NCBI GenBank assembly: GCA_009602725.1
Contig: WELB01000013.1
Location: 400,365 to 420,364, forward strand
DNA length: 20,000 bases
Reading direction: 5' to 3'
Source of the DNA: Spirogloea muscicola
Lineage: Eukaryota
This document shows positions 1 through 17,163 of the stretch, piece after piece (position 1 is the first letter of the stretch; each line of letters begins with the position of its first letter). The notes under the pieces were generated by a model, which worked only from the letters and a program-made list of their open reading frames with translations, was not told the origin of the DNA and did no database searches. Both the position numbers and the translations under genes were made by a program.

Positions 1-96
1 CGGCACACCGCCCCATCCAGCCCTAGAACAGCCCAACAGCTGCCCAGCTAAAGTAAAGCAGTCCTAGGATAACAAAGAAGCTAGACTGGCGCGAAC

Positions 97-1643
97 CTCT
101 CCATTTCAGAGCCCATCTCAAGCGACATGTCCTTGAGCTGCCCGAGCACGCCACTGAGGTCGTCAAGTGCTGCGTCCTGCTTGTCCTTCTCGGCCTGCAC
201 AAGAACTCGGCACCACGGCAAAACAATTATAGTCGAAGTTAGGGCCTAGCGACTTACTTTCAGGCCACAAAGGCTGACACTTTGTCAGGGAGCACTATGA
301 TCGCAGCTACATGCAATAATCAAAACCACAACCTGACACATACCTTGATAAGGGTCATCGTGTCGGGCTTGTGGTGATCGTCAAGAGTTGCAGACTCCAC
401 CTTACCCCAGCCCTTCTTGCCATCCGTCCCACCTCCGCCGCTGCCATTCATGAGGTCCTTGCGGTCCTCAGGGTTGCCAAATGTCGCCTGGCTGGGGTCA
501 ATGGCATCTGTCGCCTCGCAACATTGGGATGACCCACCAAGGAGGATGCAGTCAAGGGCAGAAAAGCTTTGATCTCCATTCCTGCTTCCGCGTACCAAAA
601 GCATGCCAGCCTATGTTGACAGCCACTTCGGCCAATAAAATACAAGGGCTTTACAGAGATTGACCACATTACTACAAGCACCCAACCCGTTGACCATGAC
701 TCAACTGCTACAATCACTCGACCTGTAATAGAAACTGAAGATCACATTGCAGATTACCCCTTCCTCATCTCGTGCTTGCTGAGCTTACCAGCAAAGAGCC
801 TGTAAAGAGGCCTAGGTTTGATCACTGATATCGAGTCTGAGAGTCACGAGGGCGGCCGGAAGAGGCTCACTGGGCTCGTAGGTCGGGCCGGTGATCTTCT
901 TGCCCTTCTTGGGCTTCCACCGAAATGAGAAGATGGGGCCAAGCGTCCCAAGCACCTTCTCGCCCTGCAGGAAAGCCAGATTATCGGCGCGACCTAGTCA
1001 ACTCCGGCGCTCTGATCAAGTGGCCATCGCCGCTTGCAGCTCAACAGGCTGACGGCGAGCTGCATGCAGAGGCGGTTCGGCGTGGGTGCCGAAGGAGAGC
1101 CCCGAGGAGCTCACCCGCGCGAGCGCTTGGTCCACTTTGACGGCCTTCTCGTGCGTGCGCCGGATCTGCTCGCCCTGCTCGTGCAGCGTGACGAGCGTCT
1201 GCTGCCCGATGTTGCGCGTGTCCTCCACGATGGCCACGCAGTGCCGCAGGCGGTCCGTCGTGTCCTCGCTCTTGTACAGCATCGCCTTCTCCAGCTCCGC
1301 GTCCCTGCCCACCAAACAGTGCGCCGTCGCATGAGCGATCGCCAGTCACAACGCAGGAGCACGTTGGCAGCAGCCGCAGACGAAGCAGCGACATGGGTTT
1401 CCCCGCGCTCTTGCGACTGTCTTGCCGCCACAGCGGCAGTCCTCGGCCTGAGGCCATCAATTGCGGCCGCCTCACCTCTGGTAGGGGTCCTCCTTGTTGG
1501 CGTCGAAGTCCTCGAGGGGGTGCGGCGCGCGGTAGTCGTCCAGCGTCGGCCGCAGCTCCGCGTCCTTTGCGGTGCCTCTCGCGGTGGCCCGGCCGCCGGA
1601 TCGCACGGTGGGCGCAGGCCGTGCGCGCCCCGCGCCGCGCGGC
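97..1643 (-). CDS. SNAP33: SNAP25/SNAP33-like Qbc-SNARE, partial (5' end in N gap, last exon probably left of window)
   Basis: Deduced exons with GT-AG introns and consistent phases: <1643-1476, 1304-1115, 964-871, 507-344, 194-97. The spliced product has a Qb helix (ELEKAMLYKSEDTTDRLRHCVAIVEDTRNIGQQTLVTLHEQGEQIRRTHEKAVKVDQALARGEKVLGTLG), the plant SNAP33-type linker (WKPKKGKKITGP) and the start of the Qc helix (AEKDKQDAALDDLSGVLGQLKDMSLEMGSEME). Confidence 0.9.
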
Positions 1644-2031
1644 NNNNNNNNNNNNNNNNNNNNNNNNNNNNNNNNNNNNNNNNNNNNNNNNNNNNNNNNN
1701 NNNNNNNNNNNNNNNNNNNNNNNNNNNNNNNNNNNNNNNNNNNNNNNNNNNNNNNNNNNNNNNNNNNNNNNNNNNNNNNNNNNNNNNNNNNNNNNNNNNN
1801 NNNNNNNNNNNNNNNNNNNNNNNNNNNNNNNNNNNNNNNNNNNNNNNNNNNNNNNNNNNNNNNNNNNNNNNNNNNNNNNNNNNNNNNNNNNNNNNNNNNN
1901 NNNNNNNNNNNNNNNNNNNNNNNNNNNNNNNNNNNNNNNNNNNNNNNNNNNNNNNNNNNNNNNNNNNNNNNNNNNNNNNNNNNNNNNNNNNNNNNNNNNN
2001 NNNNNNNNNNNNNNNNNNNNNNNNNNNNNNN
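1644..2031. other. Assembly gap (388 N)
   Basis: Run of N. Confidence 1.
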
Positions 2032-2032
2032 N

Positions 2033-2119
<87 letters not shown>
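2032..2119. repeat. Poly-T homopolymer (88 nt) abutting the gap, possibly an artefact
   Basis: Pure T run between the N gap and very GC-rich sequence. Confidence 0.9.
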
Positions 2120-2218
2120 CGGTGGCGGCGGCCATGGCGCCGAGCTCGCAGCGCCGGCGGTGGCGCCGGGCGCCGCTGGAGGCCCTATGACGGCGGCGGC
2201 GGCGGCGGCGGCGGCGCC

Positions 2219-3493
<1,275 letters not shown>

Positions 3494-4382
3494 CTCGCAA
3501 CATAGGTGCCGAAGTTAGAGAGCCGTGAAATGTCTTAGGTCTCCTGCTCTCAATTTCCATCTCTTAGCATTAATGGGCCAGCCACGAGTAATCAGACACG
3601 CGGCTGGCTCCCCCATTGATTGCCATCAATGTGTGACAAACCCTGCCTTCTGTTGTCGCACACAGGCAATTGCACTAGTGAGCACCAGTAGACCTGCGAT
3701 AGTGCCCTAGCTTAATGCTGACCAAGAATCCACTCTGTGGTCTGGCCATTGGGTCACAGGACTCTTCTTGAGCGCAGCTGCTTCACATTCTTGGTGCACG
3801 ATCTGCACCGAACAAAGTAATGGATGCGAACACTGAGGTCTAAATGGGCCAACCTGTACATAGGGCACCTGCAGCCCAGGGCAATGACAAGCCTCGCCAT
3901 TAGCTCATGTGCCTGCTCATGTCCCGTTACACGAAACTAGGATGCACTTGCAAGCTCTCCCGGTTGTCTGCATGCTACAATTTCAAAAGTTGATTCAATG
4001 GTTGTCAATTTTGCCAGGCATGATGTGAAAGAATGGTGGGATTGGACAGCAAGCCGATTGTCTTGCTGTCAGTCAAATGCTTGTGCTACTGCGGGTTGCG
4101 CAGACACCTCAGGGTGTAGGCAGACACTGACCCTGTACAATCTGTACAGCTGCTGACGCTGCAATATATAGCAGCTATTATCTCACTAATGAAAGAATGT
4201 GGGGTATTGACTCCAAACGCAGGCTGGCAACCCCGCATGTAGCTGAGGGGGAGTTCTAGATAGCTACAACAAAGAGAGGTGCAACAATCAGGCAAAGATA
4301 CCTGCAGCTTACACTTTCCGTCTGCTTTCTGACCAACCTAGCTGTGGGAGGGCTAGCAAAGCGTTATCAGGACCTGCATCGA

Positions 4383-9769
<5,387 letters not shown>

Positions 9770-9770
9770 N

Positions 9771-10189
9771 CTTCGGCTGCTAGTTCATTTATCAAGTCAT
9801 CATTTACGTGTGATTAGCCAGCCCAGAAAAAGAACGTAACATGGATTCGAAGTGGCCAGGAAGGCGCACACGGCGACCCATTAAGTGGCCAAGTACAACC
9901 GATAACAACGGGTGCTCAACTCATCAATATACCGCTCAGCAGTCCCCAAGGCATGCGATAGGAGAAGTTCCGCACAACGAGAAGTCGGATAACCGCGTAC
10001 CGTCAACCGGGTGAGCGAGGTCAGCCCTCTCCGCTTACGCCAGGACGGCGCCAAGCCCCCTCCGTCCTTACACAGGTAAAGGCAGTTAGCCCGCCCTTGC
10101 CGCAGGGGCCTGCAGGACACGCGTCGTGCCCTCAGGCCACGCCAATGCCGGGCCGGTCTCGAACATCAACTGCCTTCCTTAGTCTGGCC
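9771..10189. promoter_or_regulatory. Short divergent intergenic region (putative bidirectional promoter and 5' UTRs) between ADCS and the CBS gene
   Basis: Head-to-head genes about 420 bp apart as assembled; positional inference only. Confidence 0.45.
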
Positions 10190-13100
10190 ATGGCTAAGGC
10201 GCCGCCCGTCGCCGCCTCCGGCGGCGGCGGCGGCGGCGGCGGCGGAGGCGGCGGCGATGACGGCGGCGGCGCGGGCGTGCGGGAGCGCATCGAGGAGCTG
10301 TGGAGCCACCACCGGGCCGAGGGCGGTCGCGGCGTGCCGCCGGCGGTGCACCAGCTCCTCAACTCCGCCTTCACCAAGATCCCCGTCTCCACCTTCCCCA
10401 GCGTACACCTCGGCAAGGGTGAAGCCCGGCCCTCGAGCCTTCTGCTGTGCCATCCCGCGCTGCCTCCGGACTGGTGGCACCCCGCCGCACATCATTGCTC
10501 GCTTCCGGAGCTTCAGACCTCTTCAGAAATGCATGCAAAGAGCGATAAAGTGGAGCCCGCTTGCGTCAAGAGCTCCCTTGCTGATACTGATTCTGTCGTC
10601 GTTTATGTCTGCTTGAGTCCGCGTAGTAGCTCTTGGAGGTGTTGCACAGGCCTGATTTGTGCGCGCTTGTGCCTGCAGTCGTGGAGGTCCCGTCGGATGC
10701 GACAATCTCTGAGGCAGTGGTGCTTCTCTCCGAGAATAACGTCCTGTCTGCTCCTGTGAGAGACGTGACGGCTTCTGAGACTGCCAGCTGGACGGAGCGA
10801 TACCTGGGTGAGTAGAATGACGATCGCTATTGATACATGCAGAGAACAAATGCATGAATCTCTGATCTTACCTTAAGTCATAGCACACAAGCTCTCCTAA
10901 CGGTGGGCACAAGTTGGGAGAAGATTCAGATACATACGGCGACTAGCCTGTTGCACACACACACCAGTGCTTTGTAATTGTCGAACTCTTCCTTGCTTGT
11001 GGCCGAGAATGCTGGACGGCTTTCGTTGCAGGGATGCTGGTCTAAACGGAAGTGTCCTCCTTGCAGGAATGGTTGACTTCCCTGCTATTGTGGTGTGGGT
11101 TCTAGAACAAGCTGAGCTGGCAGCTGCTGCTCTTGCCGCAGGTCAGTATCTCTTCAGAACATACTGTAGCCTCCTGGTCATATGATTAGAAGTGCATGGA
11201 GCTTTTGATTTGCAGAGTGGCATCAAGCTTTCAAGCTTAAAAGCTTAAAAGCTTAATTGCCATATATGGCACTTTGTACATGTAGGAGCGTCCATAGTAA
11301 CTTGTTGGAAGCTTCTGCCGCTGCTTAGGCCCAAACAAGAAGCATTCTGAACACCTTGGCAAATATCTGCTGCCATTGAGCAGAGAGGTTATGGCGATAT
11401 GAATGAGCGCTCAGTAAGATCGTCTGCTTAATTTGCACAGGCACCGCGGCTGCGGCTGGCGTTGGAGCTGGAGCACTGGGAGCTTTGGGTGCTGTGACGC
11501 TGGGCATGACTGGCCCTATCGCTGTAGCAGGCCTCACTGTGGCTGCAGTAGGGGCAGCTGTAGCGGGGGGAGTGGCAGCAGAACGTGGGGTTGGTCAAGA
11601 CCCTCAGCATGCGGCAGATGCATTGGGCAATGACTTCTACAAGGTCATCCTTCGAGAAGAGCCCTTCAAGTCAACCAAGGTACGCACAGGGACGACCTTG
11701 GTCAGCAGTTCTCTTAAGTTGTATGTAAGGTGTGCAGCTGCAGAGAAGCCTGCAAGTGTGCAGCATTTACTTGGTGTTCTATCGTCAGTGCAGATTTTGC
11801 TGCCAAAGCAAAGAGAATATGCTCTTCGCTTTGGCACACTTCCTCTTCATGCACTCTGAGGCAAAGAAATTGTGTTGTCAGGTTTCAGATATCACTAAAA
11901 GCTACAGATGGGCCCCTTTCTTGCCAATGCAAGCAGATGATTCAATGTTGACAGCCTTGCTTCTGCTTTCAAAATATCGACTTCGAAGCATTCCTGTAAT
12001 TGATTCCAACAGCACGCAGGCAAGACCTCCCGAAAGTTGTACCTCTGCTGGGAGTGTCATGGCCTGATGTTAGACTGCCATCGTTTGAGGGTGCATATCC
12101 AAAAAGGCCTTGCCCATACTCTGATGGTCACTCATGCTACACGGGAACCATACTCAGGCTGAACAACAATGACAGCAAGTGACAATTGCATGGACCACTG
12201 CAATTTGCAGTTGTACAGATCTGGCTGAAGGCTGTGGAATTACCGCTTTGCTTATACTGACTTGATGAAGCTCTGCTTTATCCCTTCAGGTAAACAATCT
12301 GGTGACACAATCATCAGTAATCAGGGGCCTTGCACAATGCAAGGGATTTGCGTGGTTTGACTCCATAGCCAGCAGGGCTGTTGAAGACCTAGGACTTCCA
12401 GTCATGGCACCAGCTCAGGTAGGCATCTACTTCTCCTCAACACTGCACTTGACACACTACTGCATGGTTTAGCGTATACAGGTTAGGCGCCAAGCAGTCG
12501 CCAGTAAGTGGTGAATTTCAAACGACTCAAGATCGTAGATTGTGATCAGAAGGAAGTCCTTGGATGAAACATGTGTCCATGCTGTGTTCTGTTGAGAGAG
12601 ACTTGTGGTGGGCAGCGTTTTATGCTGGCTGCAAATTAATAATCATGGTGAAGTCGTGAAATTGGCGGACGCTCCAAGCGTCATCATAAGTGGAGTTGAT
12701 GAGTGAGCACTACTGATACTGGTCAATGTGTTGTGCAGGTTGTTGCTGTTGAGGGGGACAAGTTGGTCCTGGAGGCATTCATATTGATGCGCGAGAAAGA
12801 GATTGGGGGTATCCCGGTGGTCGATACTCACCAGAAGCTCATTGGGAACATCAGTACCAGAGATTCGCGCTATCTTTTACTCCAACCAGACCTCTTTGCC
12901 CGTCGCAAGTGAGTATACTGGAGTAAGAGAATGGCCTCCACACATCCAGCAGACGGGCATATGGAGAAGCCCATTCACTGCAGTCTGTGTTCTGTGGAGT
13001 CTGCTTTTGCATGTCTGCAATCACAGAAATAGTTCCAAAGTTTTGAGATACGCATCCAGCTCTTGTCATTCATATTTGCATTCAACCCTAGCTCTTTGCT

Positions 13101-13536
13101 TTCTGTTTTTTCTCCCCTACAAGAAGCTGGCAGCTCTCGGGAAATTGTAAGAACTGTAGGTAGGTCATTAAGCAGTGGCATCTGACTGAGCAATGACATT
13201 CACCTTATTTGCTGATGAGGGTGCAGAGAGTTGACTGTGATGGACTTCGTAAAGATCGTTTCAAACCTACCTGTCGACCCGTCAAAGAATTCCGTTCCAC
13301 CACTTCTATCACCACCCATCACGTGCTTGCAGACGGATACACTGGCCGACGTTATTGGAAAGCTGGTGACTAAAAACATTCACCGTGTGCACGTAGTGAG
13401 GGATGACAACAGCCTGATAGGCGTCGTCACTCTTCGAGACATCATATGTTGCTTCGTGTCTGAGCCGCAGGATTACTTCCAGAGCTTCTTAGGAGGCTGT
13501 CTAAATGATGCTGATGCAAAGGACAAGGAAGCCTAG
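10190..13536 (+). CDS. CBS-domain protein, SNF1-related kinase regulatory subunit gamma-1-like (CBSCBS2/At1g69800-type), 472 aa, 8 exons
   Basis: Exons 10190-10418, 10679-10807, 11067-11141, 11441-11679, 11882-12019, 12290-12418, 12739-12908, 13227-13536 (1419 nt); an alternative in-frame ATG lies at 10145. Motifs: LNSAFTKIPVSTFP, LSAPV, WTERYLG, the Ala/Gly-rich segment AAGVGAGALGALGAVTLGMTGPIAVAGL typical of this subfamily, YRWAPFLP, LLLLSKYRLR, IGGIPVV, GNISTRD, IHRVHV, GVVTLRDIICCFVSEP. Confidence 0.93.
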
Positions 13537-14865
13537 CGATTTGCCTCTGATGTGGGCAACGCTTTGGTGTTGGACTTCCTGGGCTGACCGCTCCTGTATC
13601 TGCTCCTGTACCTGTTCCTGTCTGTCGTAGTCAGTGTTCTCAGATTGTTCCTTCCGCCAATTGAAACGTCCTCCATCGGACGTTTGCCCTTGTCTACGGG
13701 CCCAGCAGACCGCCCTCGACGCGGGGGCACAGATGCAGATGCGCTCATGGCGCCAGACAGATTCTAATCTCAGACAGTCAGTCAGACTGACAGCACAAAC
13801 TCCGCCCTCACCCAAGGTGGATGGCAGCCATGGCTTGGGGGCGCACCGCGTGGCCTCAGATGTGGGGAGTGAGCCGGATGGGTGCCCGAGGCCTCCCTTA
13901 TCCAGGGGAGACTCTCAAGGCCCAATGAGACGGGCAGGATCGTCACCCACCCCAACCCGCCGATTCACCATATTATGATTGTTCAACATTTGGAACAGTG
14001 GGAAGGGTAGGGCAGGGTGGTCGCACTGGGCTGGGATTGATTGGGGGGGGGGCGATAAAGATGTACGTTGAACGATGGAGGGCCTGAGTGGCCAAGTACC
14101 AAGACAAGCATGTGTACAGATGTACATCACCTGCTGCTTAGCAAACCCGCTCAATTACCACGGGTCTGCACCAGCAGGTGAGGTAGAATGAATGGCATGA
14201 AGCTGTTGTGAGGTAAAGAGTGAGCAAGCAGCACGTGACTGTCTGCCTATTGCACCCAGTAGAGCTCACTGCTGCCCAGTCTGCAGGAAGAGTTACTTTA
14301 TGGTGTTGCTGAGACTCTATTCTTATCTGCACCCTTTCTGATGCACCTTTCTCTTTTCACCGAAGAGCCTCTGACGTGTGAGACCAAACGGCAAGCTCAA
14401 GTTTGAAGCCAAACTACAACAATCCAGAGCTGCAGCTTCAGATTCTGAGGCATTAGGAAGCAGGAGTTGTGCTAGCACCTTGACTTGAGACAGGGCCGCT
14501 TGTTGCAAGCACAGCGCAAGGGCCTCAAATACAAGAAAATTGATATTGCTATCAGAGAGGGAAGAGGCTGTGAAGGTCCAGCCCAAAGGGACCAATTCCA
14601 AAGGACATTGCCAACATGAATGGACGGACATATCAAGCCAAAAGCTCACTGGATACTCTGAATCCACTCTTTGATCACATTGAACAGCCGCAAGTTGCGG
14701 AACCAAGCAGCTGGGAAGGTACTGCCCTGCCGGCATTTTCGGAGGGGCAGCCAAAGGTACGTGCCGCCCGTGAACTTGTGCTGTTGTTCCGTCCAGGCTC
14801 GTCCGGGTGGCCTCGCATGCTCCCGGCATGCTCCGACCCGGACATGCTCGCGGCATGCGTAAACT

Positions 14866-14936
14866 AAGCAAGCGCGGCCAGATTAATTGGTGGCTGGGAG
14901 AGGCCAGCCCAAAGGAATGGACAAGGTCTGAAGGAG
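14866..14936 (+). repeat. Dispersed composite repeat, joined A-GGCT-B copy 1
   Basis: AAGCAAGCGCGGCCAGATTAATTGGTGGCTGGGAGAGGCCAGCCCAAAGGAATGGACAAGGTCTGAAGGAG; 69/71 identical to 18179-18249. Confidence 0.95.
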
Positions 14937-15943
14937 CCGCAGTGTGCATGCGTGGGCTCGGACGCCCCCGGCGGCATGCTTGGCCACGGCCATGCTTGGC
15001 CATACTCGGCCTCGGCCATGCTTGGTGGCATGCTCTGCCGCGGCCATGCACGGCGCCCAGGCGCCTGCGGGAGACAGCCCGTGGATCCCTCGTCAGGCAC
15101 GCTCCTCACGGGGCGAGCGTTAGGGCGACCCCCATGCACCCTGGAGTGAGGGTGGCACGGAGAAGCTCCGGAAGCAGAGAGCAGAGGCCGGACGGAGGTC
15201 GAGAGTCAGTGAAGCTCTGAGAGAGAGGCGCAGCCTGCTGCTGCCTGCTGCCGCAGACCGCGGCTCATTGCCGGCTCGCTGTGGAGCGCGTCCCGCTGGA
15301 GGCAAGTCTGCAGCGAGTGCCCGTGAGGTGGAGCCGCGGCCTAGCGGCGGCGACACAGGGCAAGTCTTCCGTTGTGCTGACATTGGCAATATTGATGTGC
15401 GATATTGTGTCTATCGGACGCTGATCAGAATGCATCAATTCTCCTCAGGCACGACATGAAGTGCGCGTCCGAGTCCTCCTCAGCAGGCAGGATGGCCTGC
15501 TCGTGTGGTGCAGCTGACCAAGGCGCTAGTCGACCTGCCGGCCTCGTCAGATCCCGATGGCTTGTCCTTTGAAGAGACGCAACGCGTGGTGCGCCTGACG
15601 GAGCTTTTTGAGGCAGTGGTCCTTGTAGTGGACCCTGTGGCGTCCTTTCTCATGGGGGCGCTGTGTGAGGAAGTGAAGTCCCTGCTCGGTCAGATCCAAA
15701 AGGGCGAGCGTCGACTTCAGAAGGCCTTGGCAACACATACCTTGGCCCGTTCGACACACGACTGGGGCGTGCCCAGCCGTCTCCTCCTCCCAAGTACTCA
15801 GGCCAATCAGTTGGTGGTGGTCTGCACGCCTGGCTGACAGAGATACAGGCGTGCTTTGTTCTTGGTGACACAGACTCGGTGTCCCGTGTAGAATCGCCGC
15901 TACCCATCTTTCTGGAGGTCCTGCCAGTGGTGAGAAATTGTAA

Positions 15944-16577
15944 AGAAGAGTTCTACTCCCGAGATGTATAATACCTGGGAGTTTCCTAGCGCATACCCTG
16001 GTCAGTGTGTGCGGCGAAGTTCATTCGAAATTAAAAGCCCGGATGAGCTGACGCCCTCCGGATGCGGGAGGGGGGGGGGGGTGATTTGAGGATTATGTAC
16101 GGCAATCCCGCCAATAAATGTCCAAGTTCCGCACATGCCCCATGGGCCCAGTTGATCATTGTTAACGTTTCAAGTTGGGCTTGCCTGAGCACTTTCTTCC
16201 TCTGGCGTAGGTGCACACTACTACCCCGGCGCCCATTGTAGCTCTACCTATATTGGTTGCCCAAGCCCCGGTTGGCTCTGACGGAGGTGCACACTACTAC
16301 CCTGGCGCCAATTGTAGCTCTACTACGTTGGTGGACCAAGCCCGGGACCAAGCCCGACTTGAAACGTTGACACTGATCAACTGGGCCCATGGGGCATGTG
16401 CGGAACTTGGAGACTAACTGGCGTACATAATGCTCAAAGTCACACCCCCCCCCCCACATCCGGAGGGCGTCAAGCTCATCCCGGGCTCTAACTCCGCTTG
16501 AATTACGCCGGACACACTAACCAGGGTATGCATGAAGAACTCCCAGGTATTATACGTCTTGGGAGTGGAGCTCTTCT
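15944..16577. repeat. Long imperfect inverted repeat (arms ~15944-16183 and ~16349-16577), foldback/MITE-like or hairpin-RNA locus
   Basis: Examples: CCAAGTTCCGCACATGCCCCATGGGCCCAGTTGATCA vs TGATCAACTGGGCCCATGGGGCATGTGCGGAACTTGG; G-run vs C-run; TATAATACCTGGGAGTT vs AACTCCCAGGTATTATA. Confidence 0.92.
16209..16345 (+). repeat. Tandem duplication (~76-bp period) inside the foldback loop
   Basis: AGGTGCACACTACTACCC(C/T)GGCGCC(C/A)ATTGTAGCTCTAC...TTGGT(T/G)G(C/A)CCAAGCCC occurs twice. Confidence 0.85.
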
Positions 16578-17088
16578 CTGCACCTCTCGACCTAATCAGA
16601 CCTTGTAAATTCCTTTGAGACGGCCTCTCACAGCCATTGCCTTCAAGAGCTGTTTCTCTCTAAGTTGCACGAGCTTTTGCATGAACAGCGAAGGTTTGAT
16701 TGCTAAAACAAGCATCCCATTCATCCCATGTGCACAACAAGCCCTTCCCCCCCTTCGGAAAGGCCAGCCCAATAAGAACGGACAAGGTTTAAAGAGCCGA
16801 AAGGCGCTGTCATGCGAGAAGGCGTCTGTGCGAGATAACATCAATAGGTCTAGAATTAGGACACTGCTGACGTGCCATTCTATGTGATTCATAAACCAAA
16901 CGAAGATGTTGGCTACTTTGACCAGGCTGACATGAAAGACAGTCTGATAAGGAACCAACAATACCAATCGTCATCAGTATTCAAGTATCACAGCACCGTA
17001 ATCAGTCTAGAACGGTTGAAATTTGACTAAGTAGCATAAGTGAAATGAAACGCGCCTCTGTCTACTGAGTGTTTCGTCACCAGTATCC

Positions 17089-17163
17089 AAGTCAACGAGA
17101 CCGTCCGAAGATCGGCCCTATCTAAATAAGTCAACGAGACCGTCCGAAGATCGGCCCTATCTA
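17089..17163 (+). repeat. Perfect 36-bp tandem duplication (39-bp period)
   Basis: AAGTCAACGAGACCGTCCGAAGATCGGCCCTATCTA at 17089-17124 and 17128-17163. Confidence 0.95.

Noticed and set aside
2032..2119. Poly-T as the tail of a retroposed element
   Set aside because: It abuts the gap and has no recognisable element body or target-site duplication, so a sequencing or assembly artefact is more likely.
11225..11256. Four AAGCTT units in tandem in a CBS-gene intron
   Set aside because: This is a short slippage repeat with no evidence of function.
14925..14940. CTGAAGGA as a hammerhead ribozyme core
   Set aside because: It does not fit CUGANGA, the bases after CTGA differ among copies, and no GAAA/stem architecture was found.
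14323..15220. 242-aa and 137-aa ORFs over the CATGC-rich region
   Set aside because: They are low-complexity translations of repeats with no recognisable domain.
16915..16945. VFHVSLVK on the minus strand, resembling the Gypsy integrase C-terminal VFHVSLLK motif
   Set aside because: There is no upstream GPY/F motif or integrase core in any frame I could read, so it is probably chance.
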